A DNA stretch of 41,804 nt from a virus (Duplodnaviria; Caudoviricetes), in the IMG/VR virus record IMGVR_UViG_3300049180_000025, positions 1 to 41,804 of that record. One strand, given 5' to 3'. The first letter of the stretch is position 1, and every line of letters begins with the position of its first letter. Below, in pieces: positions 17,548 to 25,899 of this stretch. The notes under the pieces were generated by a model. That model made no database searches. It had not been told where the DNA came from and saw only the letters and a list, made by a program, of their open reading frames with translations. The translations under genes and the position numbers were made by a program.

Positions 17548-17822
17548 TCCCCCTCTCCCCTTGCGCGAGAAAGGGCGGCGTCGATAGCTGCCATCCTGCG
17601 CTCGCGACTGTCGGGGCTCGGCGGGTATCTTAGGTCATCTCGATACTGACAGACCAACGCCACCAGCTCGTCATGTGAATTGACGGCGCGGACTGAAGCG
17701 GGAATCTCCAAACCACGGAGATCAAAGTATCCCTCGATAGCCTCCTGATAGCTCAGCACCGTGACGCTCGCTGCGCAGTCGCAGAGCGCCTTGATTGCTT
17801 CGTCGTGGGATAGCTCGCTCAT
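17544..17822 (-). CDS. Hypothetical protein
   Basis: Start MSELS; coupled. Confidence 0.6.
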   Translation of the reverse strand: MSELSHDEAIKALCDCAASVTVLSYQEAIEGYFDLRGLEIPASVRAVNSHDELVALVCQYRDDLRYPPSPDSRERRMAAIDAALSRARGEGE

Positions 17823-18139
17823 CACAAATCCTTTCCGGGGGTGGGAGTGGCCCAGCGGCGTTCCAACTCCTTGTCGCGCTCGTTTTCGTAGCGCTCGGGC
17901 ACGCACGAAGCGATCGACACTGGCATGACTGCGGGCGGCTCAAACCTCGTCCATACCTTCGCTCGCGCCTCTTTTTCCGAGATGGCGAAGATCCAGCAAG
18001 TGCAACACTGGTCCCAATCAGGATGCTGCTCTTCGAGATAATCAATCCACTCGTATTGCATCCGAAGCCGCCAAAGGATCGGCGTGACGCCAAGTTCACC
18101 TCCGCGCGAAGGATCGAAGGGAGGACGTTCCTCACTCAT
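17822..18139 (-). CDS. Hypothetical protein
   Basis: Start MSEER; coupled. Confidence 0.6.
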   Translation of the reverse strand: MSEERPPFDPSRGGELGVTPILWRLRMQYEWIDYLEEQHPDWDQCCTCWIFAISEKEARAKVWTRFEPPAVMPVSIASCVPERYENERDKELERRWATPTPGKDL

Positions 18140-18477
18140 CACAAATCCTTGATCCATTCGCCGAAGGGGGTGCCGGTATCGGCCGCAAGCCAATCCTGAT
18201 AGCGCAGCTGGCCACGCGACAACTTCGGCGGCGCGGGGCTGTTATCGCGTACGAACACCTTGCCCGCCTCAGTGACGAAGAAAAGGTCGTCACCGCCGGT
18301 CAATTGGCTGCCGGCCCTGCGCGCCATCAGCCCCTGTTCAACCAGTCGCATACACACGGGATAATCGACGCTTCCGGGGCCGGTGCAGAAATGATTGCGG
18401 TATTGAGCGCCGCAACCATGACGATCGACGCCAAGTGAGTGTTGGAGGATGTGAAGCGCCGCCCCGTTCTCGCTCAT
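18139..18477 (-). CDS. Hypothetical phage protein
   Basis: LHILQHSLG...YRNHF motif recurrent in temperate phages. Confidence 0.7.
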   Translation of the reverse strand: MSENGAALHILQHSLGVDRHGCGAQYRNHFCTGPGSVDYPVCMRLVEQGLMARRAGSQLTGGDDLFFVTEAGKVFVRDNSPAPPKLSRGQLRYQDWLAADTGTPFGEWIKDL

Positions 18478-18650
18478 CACAAAATCTCCCCGGAAGCGCG
18501 GCCCAACGCTTCCGGCTGTTCACCTGCCGCAGGGGGAGCGGCAGCGGTCGGGAGGACCGGGGCGGGGGTGTAAAACTCTTCCTCGCAGGCACGGCAGAGC
18601 ATGTTCGGCTGCGCGCGGGAGCCGGATTCAACGCAGGAGAAGTGCGTCAT
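18477..18650 (-). CDS. Small hypothetical protein
   Basis: Start MTHFSC coupled to methylase stop; CxxC. Confidence 0.5.
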   Translation of the reverse strand: MTHFSCVESGSRAQPNMLCRACEEEFYTPAPVLPTAAAPPAAGEQPEALGRASGEIL

Positions 18651-19528
18651 GCTGCGTCTCCGAACATGTCGGCGGCCGTCTCGATACCGGCCATATTCTT
18701 GACTGCTTGCTCGAAATAAGACGGCTTCAACTCGATCCCTAATCCCTTGCGGCCCATCTGCGCGGCTATAAAAACCTCGCTGCCGATGCCCGCGAAGGGT
18801 GAGAGAACGATGTCGCCGGGGTTGCTCCATAGCCGCACACATCGCCGGATCGGCTCCAACTGCATCGGGCAGATATGCCGCTCGTCCTCACTATCGCGGG
18901 CGGCGCGATATTGGAGCGTGTCCGATGGGTTGATGTCCATCCAGACCGGCGAGGCATATTGCTGCCACAAACCCACCGGGAAATCTTCTGGTGTCTTGCT
19001 GCATGGATCGGGATTGTCGCCAGGCGTGCGCAGCGTCACCATATAATCGGCGAAACCCTGCCGTGACATGCAACTATCTTTCTTGATCTGCTTGTAAAGC
19101 AGCCCGAGTGCCTTGGTGCGCTGCATCGCTGTCACTGGATCTTTCCAGATGCAGACGCGGCTATGGAAGATGAACCCGGCGCGTTCGGCCGCCGCGATCA
19201 GATGACCGGGGAAGTCTTTGGCACCGATCACCCCGTCGCGCGTCTTGCTCGTCGGCATATCCATGCAGTGCATCGACATGAGCCGGCCCGGCTTAAGGAC
19301 GCGCATCAACCCCTTGAAAACGAAATCCATCCCTTCGAAGAAATCCGCATCGTCGCGGCAGTTTCCGAGGTCGCGGTCGCTGTTCGAATAGGTATAAAGG
19401 CTGGCGAACGGTGGCGAGAACACCGAATAGCCAACGCTATGCTGCGGCAGTTGCGCCATCACTTCGATGCAATCACCATTATAGAGTGACCAGTTCGCGC
19501 CCTCGGCATAGTCCAGCGCTTCGATCAT
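18647..19528 (-). CDS. DNA methyltransferase, N4/N6 beta class
   Basis: Motif IV FSPPF precedes motif I SPFAGIGS; GIELK. Confidence 0.9.
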   Translation of the reverse strand: MIEALDYAEGANWSLYNGDCIEVMAQLPQHSVGYSVFSPPFASLYTYSNSDRDLGNCRDDADFFEGMDFVFKGLMRVLKPGRLMSMHCMDMPTSKTRDGVIGAKDFPGHLIAAAERAGFIFHSRVCIWKDPVTAMQRTKALGLLYKQIKKDSCMSRQGFADYMVTLRTPGDNPDPCSKTPEDFPVGLWQQYASPVWMDINPSDTLQYRAARDSEDERHICPMQLEPIRRCVRLWSNPGDIVLSPFAGIGSEVFIAAQMGRKGLGIELKPSYFEQAVKNMAGIETAADMFGDAA

Positions 19529-20922
19529 GCGGCTTGCTCCATGAATGCCGGCAGCCGAAGGGCACGCGGGACGTAATCCGCCTTCTGCCGTTCAACGCTG
19601 CGAATTTCGGTTGAGGAAATATCGGACATATGCGCGGCCATTGCCGCGATCATCCGTTCGGCGTCCGCTTCCTTGCGGCGGAGATTGGCGACGACAGCGC
19701 CTTCCGTCTCGGCGGCGATGAAATGGACGTTGACCGGGCGCGTCTGGCCGAACCGCCAGAACCGACGCACGGCCTGAAAAACCTGCTCGAAGCTGTCATT
19801 CAGACCGACGAAGGCGGTATCGCAGCAATGCTGAAAGTTGAGGCCGTAGCCGAGGATCGACGGCTTGCTGACCAATACGCGAATTTCGCCGGCCTTGAAC
19901 GCGGCGATCTTCCGCTCCTTGTCGGCGTCCTTATCCGATCCCTGCAGATTGACCGCGCCGGGAATGGCTTTCGCCAATGCGTCGGCTTCCGCGTTCAGGT
20001 TGCACCATGCAACCCATGGCCTATCACTCCCCGCGAGTAGTTCTGCAGCGGCGGCTACGCGATCAGCAACAGTGTCGCGTCGCGCACCAATCCGCTCCTG
20101 CATCGTCCTCGCTTCAACCGGGAACAGCAACCCTGTTTCCATGCTCGGCTGATATTCGACCGCGACCGTGTGCTGGTGCGTGTAGAGTGGCGGAAGCTGG
20201 TAGGCGGTGCCGTCATATCCGAGGTCGGCCGGGCCGGTCAGCATAACCGACCAAGAGCACATCCAGCGCCAGAACTCGCTTTCACCATGGCCTTTGAGCC
20301 GCCATTTCGCCGTGTCACCCCCGTCGTGAACGAAGAACATTGCGAGCATTTCGACGTAGGACATTACGCCCAGGAACTCGGCATGATTGCCTAGCTCCAT
20401 GAAGTCGTTCGGTGCCGGCGTGGCGGTCGCCGCGAGGCGGAACGGGATGGATTTGCAGCCTTCGATCAACGCCGTGCGCGTCTTGCCGTCATAGGCTTTG
20501 AGGATGCTGCTTTCGTCTAGTACGACGCCACCGAACACGGACAGATCGAAGCGCGGCAGCTTATCGTAATTGGTGACGTAGACAGATGCGGCGGCAATAT
20601 CGTCTTGACCATTGGCGCGCTGACAATCGAGCCCGAACTTCGCCGCTTCCTCGATAAACTGCGGGGCGACTGCGAGGGGCGTCATGATCAAAACCGGCTT
20701 GCCGAGATGGTCCGCGACAGCCTCCGCCCATGCCATCTCCATTAGCGTCTTGCCGAGCCCGGTTCCCGCGAAGATAGCGGCTCGGCCACGGCGCAACGCC
20801 CACGCGACAATATCGCGCTGGAACGGGAAGAGCGCATCAGGCAGCGGCACATCGCCGACGATCCCGGTTGACGGGTCGCTGATCGCCTTCGCCCGGAGAT
20901 AGCTGGCGTATGATTCGCTCAC
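19525..20922 (-). CDS. SNF2-like SF2 helicase
   Basis: GTGLGKT, LDES, TATP, GLNFQ, QAVRRFWRFGQ; likely GTG start 20922. Confidence 0.9.
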   Translation of the reverse strand: MSESYASYLRAKAISDPSTGIVGDVPLPDALFPFQRDIVAWALRRGRAAIFAGTGLGKTLMEMAWAEAVADHLGKPVLIMTPLAVAPQFIEEAAKFGLDCQRANGQDDIAAASVYVTNYDKLPRFDLSVFGGVVLDESSILKAYDGKTRTALIEGCKSIPFRLAATATPAPNDFMELGNHAEFLGVMSYVEMLAMFFVHDGGDTAKWRLKGHGESEFWRWMCSWSVMLTGPADLGYDGTAYQLPPLYTHQHTVAVEYQPSMETGLLFPVEARTMQERIGARRDTVADRVAAAAELLAGSDRPWVAWCNLNAEADALAKAIPGAVNLQGSDKDADKERKIAAFKAGEIRVLVSKPSILGYGLNFQHCCDTAFVGLNDSFEQVFQAVRRFWRFGQTRPVNVHFIAAETEGAVVANLRRKEADAERMIAAMAAHMSDISSTEIRSVERQKADYVPRALRLPAFMEQAA

Positions 20923-21119
20923 CACCACCCGCTCCAATCCAGCACCACCGCGACCAGGCACACCGCCCCGATCGCGAAGCAGCCCAATCCGATGATGTCG
21001 CCAGCGGTCCGGAGGCGGTAGGGATCGGTCATCGGCTGCAACCCCTCGTTTCCTTTCCCGAACCTCAGCGCATCATGGCGCGGGTTGGTGCGCTCGAACT
21101 CGGTTTGGGTGTTCATCAA
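20919..21119 (-). CDS. Small membrane protein
   Basis: C-terminal hydrophobic helix; coupled. Confidence 0.55.
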   Translation of the reverse strand: MMNTQTEFERTNPRHDALRFGKGNEGLQPMTDPYRLRTAGDIIGLGCFAIGAVCLVAVVLDWSGWW

Positions 21120-21430
21120 TACCGCTCCATTCGGCGCTCTTCGGCAAGCATTTCGGCGCGGTGCTCTGCGGCATATTCAGCGGCGGCGATCTGGTGGTCG
21201 TGCCAATGTTCGAGGCATTCGGCTTTCAGGTCGTCGTCATCATAGAATTTCGCCGGAACATCTGGATACATGCCGGTAATGGCGGTGATCTCGACCGTGT
21301 CGTCGCAGCCCGGCTCGTCGCGTGTCTCGGCATAGCCGGGCGAGACTTCGTAGGCGACGCGCACCTCCTCCTCGCATTCGCCGCCTCGGCTGTCGTGCCA
21401 GATGAGTGTTGTTTTCAGGACGCCCATCAC
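21116..21430 (-). CDS. Acidic hypothetical protein
   Basis: Coupled ORF, Asp/Glu-rich. Confidence 0.65.
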   Translation of the reverse strand: MMGVLKTTLIWHDSRGGECEEEVRVAYEVSPGYAETRDEPGCDDTVEITAITGMYPDVPAKFYDDDDLKAECLEHWHDHQIAAAEYAAEHRAEMLAEERRMERY

Positions 21431-21756
21431 GCCACCGCCAGAGATTGGATTCTGCCCCGCAGGAAGTCCGCCTCGCTATGCTCCGGGATCATCGCCAGAA
21501 CCGCGTCGCGCATCTCGGCGGCGGTCTTGAGCTTCCGGCCTTCTACCTCCGCCTCGGCGCGTTTGATAGCAGCGGCGGCGTAGGCTTCGCGCAGTGTCGG
21601 GCCGAAGCCGAGCGTCTGTTCGTAGCTGCTGCCGTAGGGCTTGTTCAACCCGATGCACGGTCGCGCGCCACGGTCGAAAAAGATGGCGAATTTCGTCTCG
21701 TCAATCTCGCGGATCAACCGCTCGATCTGGTCGAGCTTGCTGTCAATGTCGGTCAT
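21427..21756 (-). CDS. Hypothetical protein
   Basis: GGAGG SD; coupled. Confidence 0.65.
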   Translation of the reverse strand: MTDIDSKLDQIERLIREIDETKFAIFFDRGARPCIGLNKPYGSSYEQTLGFGPTLREAYAAAAIKRAEAEVEGRKLKTAAEMRDAVLAMIPEHSEADFLRGRIQSLAVA

Positions 21757-21989
21757 GCTTGATCCTCCGATTTAGCGGCTTCCTGGGCATCCCAGGCGGC
21801 TTCACAGATGCACTGTTGCGGGTGCGGGCAGTTCAGCCCGCCGTTGCTGCATTCGAGATAGCCAGTGGCGTTGCAGGCTTCGCAGTCCATTTCGTAAAGC
21901 CCAGGACCAAGGGCGGCGGCGCGCCTCAGCGTCCAACCATTGCCATCACAGGCGGCGCATTCGCCGTCGATCGCGCGGGTGATGGTCAT
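21753..21989 (-). CDS. DnaJ-type zinc-finger-like small protein
   Basis: CAACDGNG and CEACNATG repeats. Confidence 0.6.
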   Translation of the reverse strand: MTITRAIDGECAACDGNGWTLRRAAALGPGLYEMDCEACNATGYLECSNGGLNCPHPQQCICEAAWDAQEAAKSEDQA

Positions 21990-22315
21990 GCTTCACCTCG
22001 CGCTTTGGCAAGGAGTGAGCGAAGATCGTCGAACTCATCCTGACAGGTGTCCTCCATTCCGAAGAATAACGTCGGATTGTCCTCGATCTTGTTGAGCAAG
22101 GCGGAGGCCGCATTGAGGGTGGCGGCAAGGTCGGCCATGAGGGCCTCCTTTGCGGCGCGTCCCCCGGTCTGGGGGACACCCTCTGCGAGCGGGTTTCCGT
22201 CCGGCTTGTACAGCCAGCCACCTTCCACCATCCACAGTCCCTCTATGGGAGCCTCGAACGTGCTCATCAGAAGTTCTCCGTTTGCTTCGATTGCTGTTGT
22301 GAGGGGGGTGGTCAT
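21986..22315 (-). CDS. Hypothetical protein
   Basis: Coupled ORF. Confidence 0.6.
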   Translation of the reverse strand: MTTPLTTAIEANGELLMSTFEAPIEGLWMVEGGWLYKPDGNPLAEGVPQTGGRAAKEALMADLAATLNAASALLNKIEDNPTLFFGMEDTCQDEFDDLRSLLAKARGEA

Positions 22316-22653
22316 GCTGAAACCCTCACCCGACTACGCGGATTTGCGACACACGCGCCCATGATGTTGGCCAGAAAAAGGATGCCGCCTATTGCGCTGC
22401 CCCAGCCGTTGGCGTTGTCGTATTTCTTGCAGAACGCCGGTTCACCAACGTCGTTCGTCCAGAGGAGAAGGCGAGTTTGCGAAATTCTCTCGAACGTCTC
22501 TCCCAAGAGCCGCGCTGCTGCCGCTCCGGTCAGGCCATCAAGTTCGTGAATCCCCCCAACTGACCTTTCTTTCGGAATGTGATCGTAGAAGAGCTGGGAT
22601 ACATTCGATGTGTAGTTGAAGCTCTCATCGCCTATGCTGACATCGTAGCTCAT
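22312..22653 (-). CDS. Hypothetical phage protein
   Basis: MSYDVSI...NYTSNVS and N.WGS motifs recurrent in phage proteins. Confidence 0.7.
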   Translation of the reverse strand: MSYDVSIGDESFNYTSNVSQLFYDHIPKERSVGGIHELDGLTGAAAARLLGETFERISQTRLLLWTNDVGEPAFCKKYDNANGWGSAIGGILFLANIMGACVANPRSRVRVSA

Positions 22654-22931
22654 GCCGCAGCCCTCGCCCGAGCCACAATAGCCGCAACCTCAGCCTCCCG
22701 CGTATGCGCCTCGCAGTCGCGGATCGTCATTTCGATGCCGGGGCCGTAGCCGTTCTTGCCGAACAGTCCGGCGACGCAGGACAGGTCGCCGCCAGCGCTC
22801 AGAAAGCCGTTGATGCGGGCGATGTACTGGAGCGCCTGCGTTCTCGCGAACTGGCACGCCGTGATCGACGCCGCCTTGCGGAGCCGGGCGCGCTGGCTTT
22901 CGAGATGCTGCCGGGTCTGGAGGTGGTCCAC
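22650..22931 (-). CDS. First gene of leftward early operon, hypothetical
   Basis: GAGGAAGAG SD with GTG start just downstream of PL-like promoter. Confidence 0.65.
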   Translation of the reverse strand: MDHLQTRQHLESQRARLRKAASITACQFARTQALQYIARINGFLSAGGDLSCVAGLFGKNGYGPGIEMTIRDCEAHTREAEVAAIVARARAAA

Positions 22932-22967
22932 TGTCTCTTCCTCATCAGCGGTGGGCTGGTGAGGGGG

Positions 22968-23008
22968 ATAATAAACGTAGCGTGTAGAATGTCAACACGC
23001 TTTGTTGA
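22968..23008 (-). promoter_or_regulatory. PL-like promoter with operator sites
   Basis: TTGACA-N16-TATTAT on minus strand; palindrome tcaaca-cgctt-tgttga (22992-23008); ataaacgtagcgtgta (22971-22986) matches 24362-24377 at 13/16. Confidence 0.7.
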
Positions 23009-23067
23009 TGAAAAATCCGCGCCACTTCGTTATTGCGTTGCGGCATGTTGCGGGTCAGAAACGGCCC

Positions 23068-23715
23068 ATGTCTTTGTCCGATAATTTTCGCGCCCGCCGC
23101 GATGTCGCCCTTCGGGATCTGATCGTCAGATCGAGGCGTGCTGGCGGGGTTTCGATCCTCGATGTCGGAGGGCGGGTGGCCTATTGGGAGCGGGTCGGCA
23201 TCGACTTCCTGCGTGAGCAAAATGCGCGCGTCACGCTGCTGAACCTATCGGCCAATGAGATCGGGTCCGACGATCGCGGCATCTTCGACATGCGTATCGG
23301 CGACGCGACCGCGCTGGACATGGCCGATCACAGTTTCGACCTGGTGCACTCAAATTCCGTGATCGAGCATGTCGGCGGGTGGCAGGCGATGCGCGCCTTC
23401 GCGAGAGAGACCCGCCGCGTCGGTATCAACTATTATGTGCAGACACCTTACTTCTGGTGCCCGATCGATCCGCACTTCGCGCGCTTCCCGATGATCCACT
23501 GGCTCCCGGCACCGCTGCGCCTGCGAGCCTTCGAGATGTTCCCGATCGCCCATCGCGGCAAAGCCGTGGATATGGACGACGCGCAAGACATTCTGGCTGA
23601 TGCGTGGCTGATGGATCGGCGTCAGTTCGTCGAGCTTTTTAGCGACGCGCACATCTCATTCGAGCGGCTGCTCGGCCTGCCTAAGTCTTTGATTGCGGTA
23701 CGGTGCGCTAATTAG
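23068..23715 (+). CDS. Class I SAM-dependent methyltransferase (moron)
   Basis: ILDVGG, GDATAL, FDLVHSNSVIEHV, YVQTP motifs; start could be 23002/23008. Confidence 0.85.
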   Translation: MSLSDNFRARRDVALRDLIVRSRRAGGVSILDVGGRVAYWERVGIDFLREQNARVTLLNLSANEIGSDDRGIFDMRIGDATALDMADHSFDLVHSNSVIEHVGGWQAMRAFARETRRVGINYYVQTPYFWCPIDPHFARFPMIHWLPAPLRLRAFEMFPIAHRGKAVDMDDAQDILADAWLMDRRQFVELFSDAHISFERLLGLPKSLIAVRCAN

Positions 23716-23836
23716 CCCTAACTGTTGATTCACCGCAAATATATTTTTTCGCTACTGGCGCGGCGCTTGCCGATGTGTCTAACCTAACGCCGTGGCCAGC
23801 ACTCGGGGGAGGGCTTTCCTACAGTCGTCAAATATG

Positions 23837-23851
23837 GAACAAAAGCGGAAT
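23837..23851 (+). promoter_or_regulatory. Putative alphaproteobacterial LexA box
   Basis: GAAC-aaaagcg-GAAT versus consensus GAAC-N7-GAAC; intergenic, 22 bp before an ATG. Confidence 0.5.
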
Positions 23852-23873
23852 ATAGCGGGACGGGGTAGTCGGA

Positions 23874-24104
23874 ATGGACATCGACGATATCATCAGCTTG
23901 GCTTTGGCGCGCGTCGAGACTGCCATGCAGCTTGGGCCGCCATGCGAGCCTTTAGAAGCGGGTCGCCTTCGTCGGTCAATGCTCGCTGAATCGCGACGGC
24001 TTCGCGCGCTGTTGCAGCAATCGTCTGAGCAGTCGCGGCCTGCATCCCTTCCAGCTCAAGAAGGCGCACCAGGATCGGCTCGAATTCGGGCGGCGCTTCA
24101 CTGA
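23874..24104 (+). CDS. Hypothetical protein antisense to cI 3' half; antirepressor candidate
   Basis: ATG downstream of LexA-like box; overlaps repressor gene by 212 bp. Confidence 0.35.
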   Translation: MDIDDIISLALARVETAMQLGPPCEPLEAGRLRRSMLAESRRLRALLQQSSEQSRPASLPAQEGAPGSARIRAALH

Positions 24105-24363
24105 GGCCAAGCAGCCAGTCGGACGACGTGCCCAGCGCCCTCGCCAGCCTGCAAAGCTCGCTCACCCCCATCTCCCGTGTGCCGTTGATATAATTGCTCA
24201 ACGCCTGCTCGGTCATGCCAGCGCGCTTCGCGGCCTCCCCCTGCGTAATATTCAACTGCTTTTTTATGCGCAGCTTTAGCCGCGCCCCCAGTTCTCTTAG
24301 CATGGCGTCCTTCAAGCAGGCTTCATCGTGGATTGAAATCAACGATTGCGGCTTGTCAGGCAT
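23893..24363 (-). CDS. cI: CI-like XRE repressor without S24 autopeptidase domain
   Basis: ITQGEAAKRAGMTEQALSNYINGTRE...LARALGTSSDWLLG; divergent from cro; start 24363 or 24303. Confidence 0.85.
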   Translation of the reverse strand: MPDKPQSLISIHDEACLKDAMLRELGARLKLRIKKQLNITQGEAAKRAGMTEQALSNYINGTREMGVSELCRLARALGTSSDWLLGLSEAPPEFEPILVRLLELEGMQAATAQTIAATAREAVAIQRALTDEGDPLLKARMAAQAAWQSRRAPKPS

Positions 24364-24387
24364 CAACGCACCGTGTAAAAAGGAGGA
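24335..24387. promoter_or_regulatory. OR/PR-like region
   Basis: Between divergent HTH genes; atcaacg half-sites; similarity to OL site. Confidence 0.5.
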
Positions 24388-24603
24388 ATGAAAGAGCGAC
24401 ACCCCCATAGCACGTTTATCAACGACATTGGCCCGGCTATTTTGGTCAGCCGTTTGAGCCTCACTCCACAGGCGCTTCATAACTGGCGCATTCGCGGCAT
24501 TCCGCGCGATCTCAGGGTCGCCGTGGCGAAGGTCGCCGCCGAGCAGGGTGTAATCCCTCCGGGCGATTTCTTCGATCTGCCCAACCGGAAATTCGCAGCA
24601 TGA
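24388..24603 (+). CDS. cro: Cro-like regulator
   Basis: LSLTPQALHNWRIRGIP; AGGAGG SD. Confidence 0.8.
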   Translation: MKERHPHSTFINDIGPAILVSRLSLTPQALHNWRIRGIPRDLRVAVAKVAAEQGVIPPGDFFDLPNRKFAA

Positions 24604-24713
24604 GGCCCCGCGAGAGCCGAGGCGTCCCCGCCGCCGTGTGGTTCACGTGGGCCGTGCTCATCAGCCGCCACTTGCACCACCCGCCCTACCAGCTTCCCGC
24701 CAACGATTTCTGA
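24600..24713 (+). CDS. Hypothetical 37-aa peptide
   Basis: ATGA-coupled to cro; manually translated. Confidence 0.3.
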   Translation: MRPRESRGVPAAVWFTWAVLISRHLHHPPYQLPANDF

Positions 24714-24725
24714 GGGAGTAGCCCG

Positions 24726-24968
24726 ATGAACATCCCGGATTTCACAACAGTGCAATGGATCGGCATCGGCTTCGCTGCTTGGTGCATTGCCTCCCCCTTT
24801 CTCGGCGTCCTGATCGGCAAGTGGCTCGCCCGCTGCGCCGCCCGCCACCCTCTCCATGATCTTTCGGACAAGCAGGCCGATTTCGCGAGCCTCGATATTC
24901 GTGAGGGCTTCGGCGGGGTCGAGTTCGAGCTGTCTGGTTCCATCCATTCCGGAGCGAATAACCGATGA
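24726..24968 (+). CDS. Small membrane protein
   Basis: GGGAG SD; N-terminal TM segment. Confidence 0.6.
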   Translation: MNIPDFTTVQWIGIGFAAWCIASPFLGVLIGKWLARCAARHPLHDLSDKQADFASLDIREGFGGVEFELSGSIHSGANNR

Positions 24969-25435
24969 CCGCGCCGCTGATCGTCGGTCGCCGCGCGATC
25001 GTTCCCGCCTCACTGCTTCTGAACACCATTGGCGGGTCACTGGACGTGATCCGGAAGGCTGATGGCCTTACTCTCGGCGATGTAGGCGCGGTCCTGGGAA
25101 AATCAGAGGATCAAGCTGGCAAGTATATCACCGGCACGGCGGAGATGGGGATCGTCTCCTATCACCGCGCCATGCAGGCGTGGAACGGCCGTTTCGCCAA
25201 TGAGGCTCTGGCGCTGATCCAGGCAAAGGCGATCCGCTTGCAACCGACAACGGAGGCGGTGCGGGGCATCTCGTCAAAGCTGGCAGCAACCGCCCTCAAG
25301 GTGGCCCGCGCGCTCGAAGACAATAACCAGATCGACGACCCTGAACTCAAGGACATGGCCGAAGAGGTTCATTCCTTGGGGGAAGCGCTCGACACGCTGC
25401 GGCATCGCCTCGCTGAATTGGCAGCGGCGGCATGA
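24965..25435 (+). CDS. CII-like regulator
   Basis: HTH-like VGAVLGKSEDQAGKY; C-terminal ALEDNNQIDDPE motif; position after cro. Confidence 0.6.
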   Translation: MTAPLIVGRRAIVPASLLLNTIGGSLDVIRKADGLTLGDVGAVLGKSEDQAGKYITGTAEMGIVSYHRAMQAWNGRFANEALALIQAKAIRLQPTTEAVRGISSKLAATALKVARALEDNNQIDDPELKDMAEEVHSLGEALDTLRHRLAELAAAA

Positions 25436-25554
25436 TCAAGCGCTGGCTCGCCCGTCGCCGCCTTGCTCGCATGGTAGCCGAGCGGGCCAACTCATTTGAA
25501 ATCCGGAACTACCGGAAGAACCGCGAAGCTCAATTGAAGCGTCGCAAAAAGTAA
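25432..25554 (+). CDS. 40-aa highly basic peptide
   Basis: ATGA-coupled; MIKRWLARRRLARMVAERANSFEIRNYRKNREAQLKRRKK. Confidence 0.5.
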   Translation: MIKRWLARRRLARMVAERANSFEIRNYRKNREAQLKRRKK

Positions 25555-25583
25555 AGCCCGCCGGGGGCTGATCCCGACGGGCT
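25546..25583 (-). terminator. Hairpin with U-tract on minus strand
   Basis: agcccg-ccggg...cccg-acgggct preceded on + by aaaaagtaa. Confidence 0.45.
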
Positions 25584-25610
25584 GGTACGCATACACTGAC
25601 GGAGGTATTT

Positions 25611-25898
25611 ATGACCAACGACGAGCTAATTGGCAAGGCCGCTCCTTTCATCAAGGCGCTGGCCGAAAGCCTGGGGATGACAATATCTGTCGGGTATCGC
25701 CTCCCTGACGAGTTCATCCAGCGTCCGCTCTATACCGCGCATGTCGGCACTTCGGTTGACGGCTATGGCTTTGCGGAGACTCCGTTCGCGGCACTGACCG
25801 AGGCGCTGGCCAACTTCGAGCGCGCCGAAGCCGAGCGTAAGCTGAAGGCTGACATAGCGGCCGAGTTTGAGGCGCGTCTTGCGCTGAAGGCGGCTTGA
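25611..25898 (+). CDS. Hypothetical protein
   Basis: GGAGGT SD. Confidence 0.7.
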   Translation: MTNDELIGKAAPFIKALAESLGMTISVGYRLPDEFIQRPLYTAHVGTSVDGYGFAETPFAALTEALANFERAEAERKLKADIAAEFEARLALKAA

Positions 25899-25899
25899 G

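Larger units (their letters stand above)
17814..18486. repeat. Three junction repeats ctc(g/a)ctcatcacaaa(a)tc at 17814-17833, 18131-18150, 18469-18486
   Basis: First two copies 19/20 identical; each spans stop/start of adjacent genes. Confidence 0.8.
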
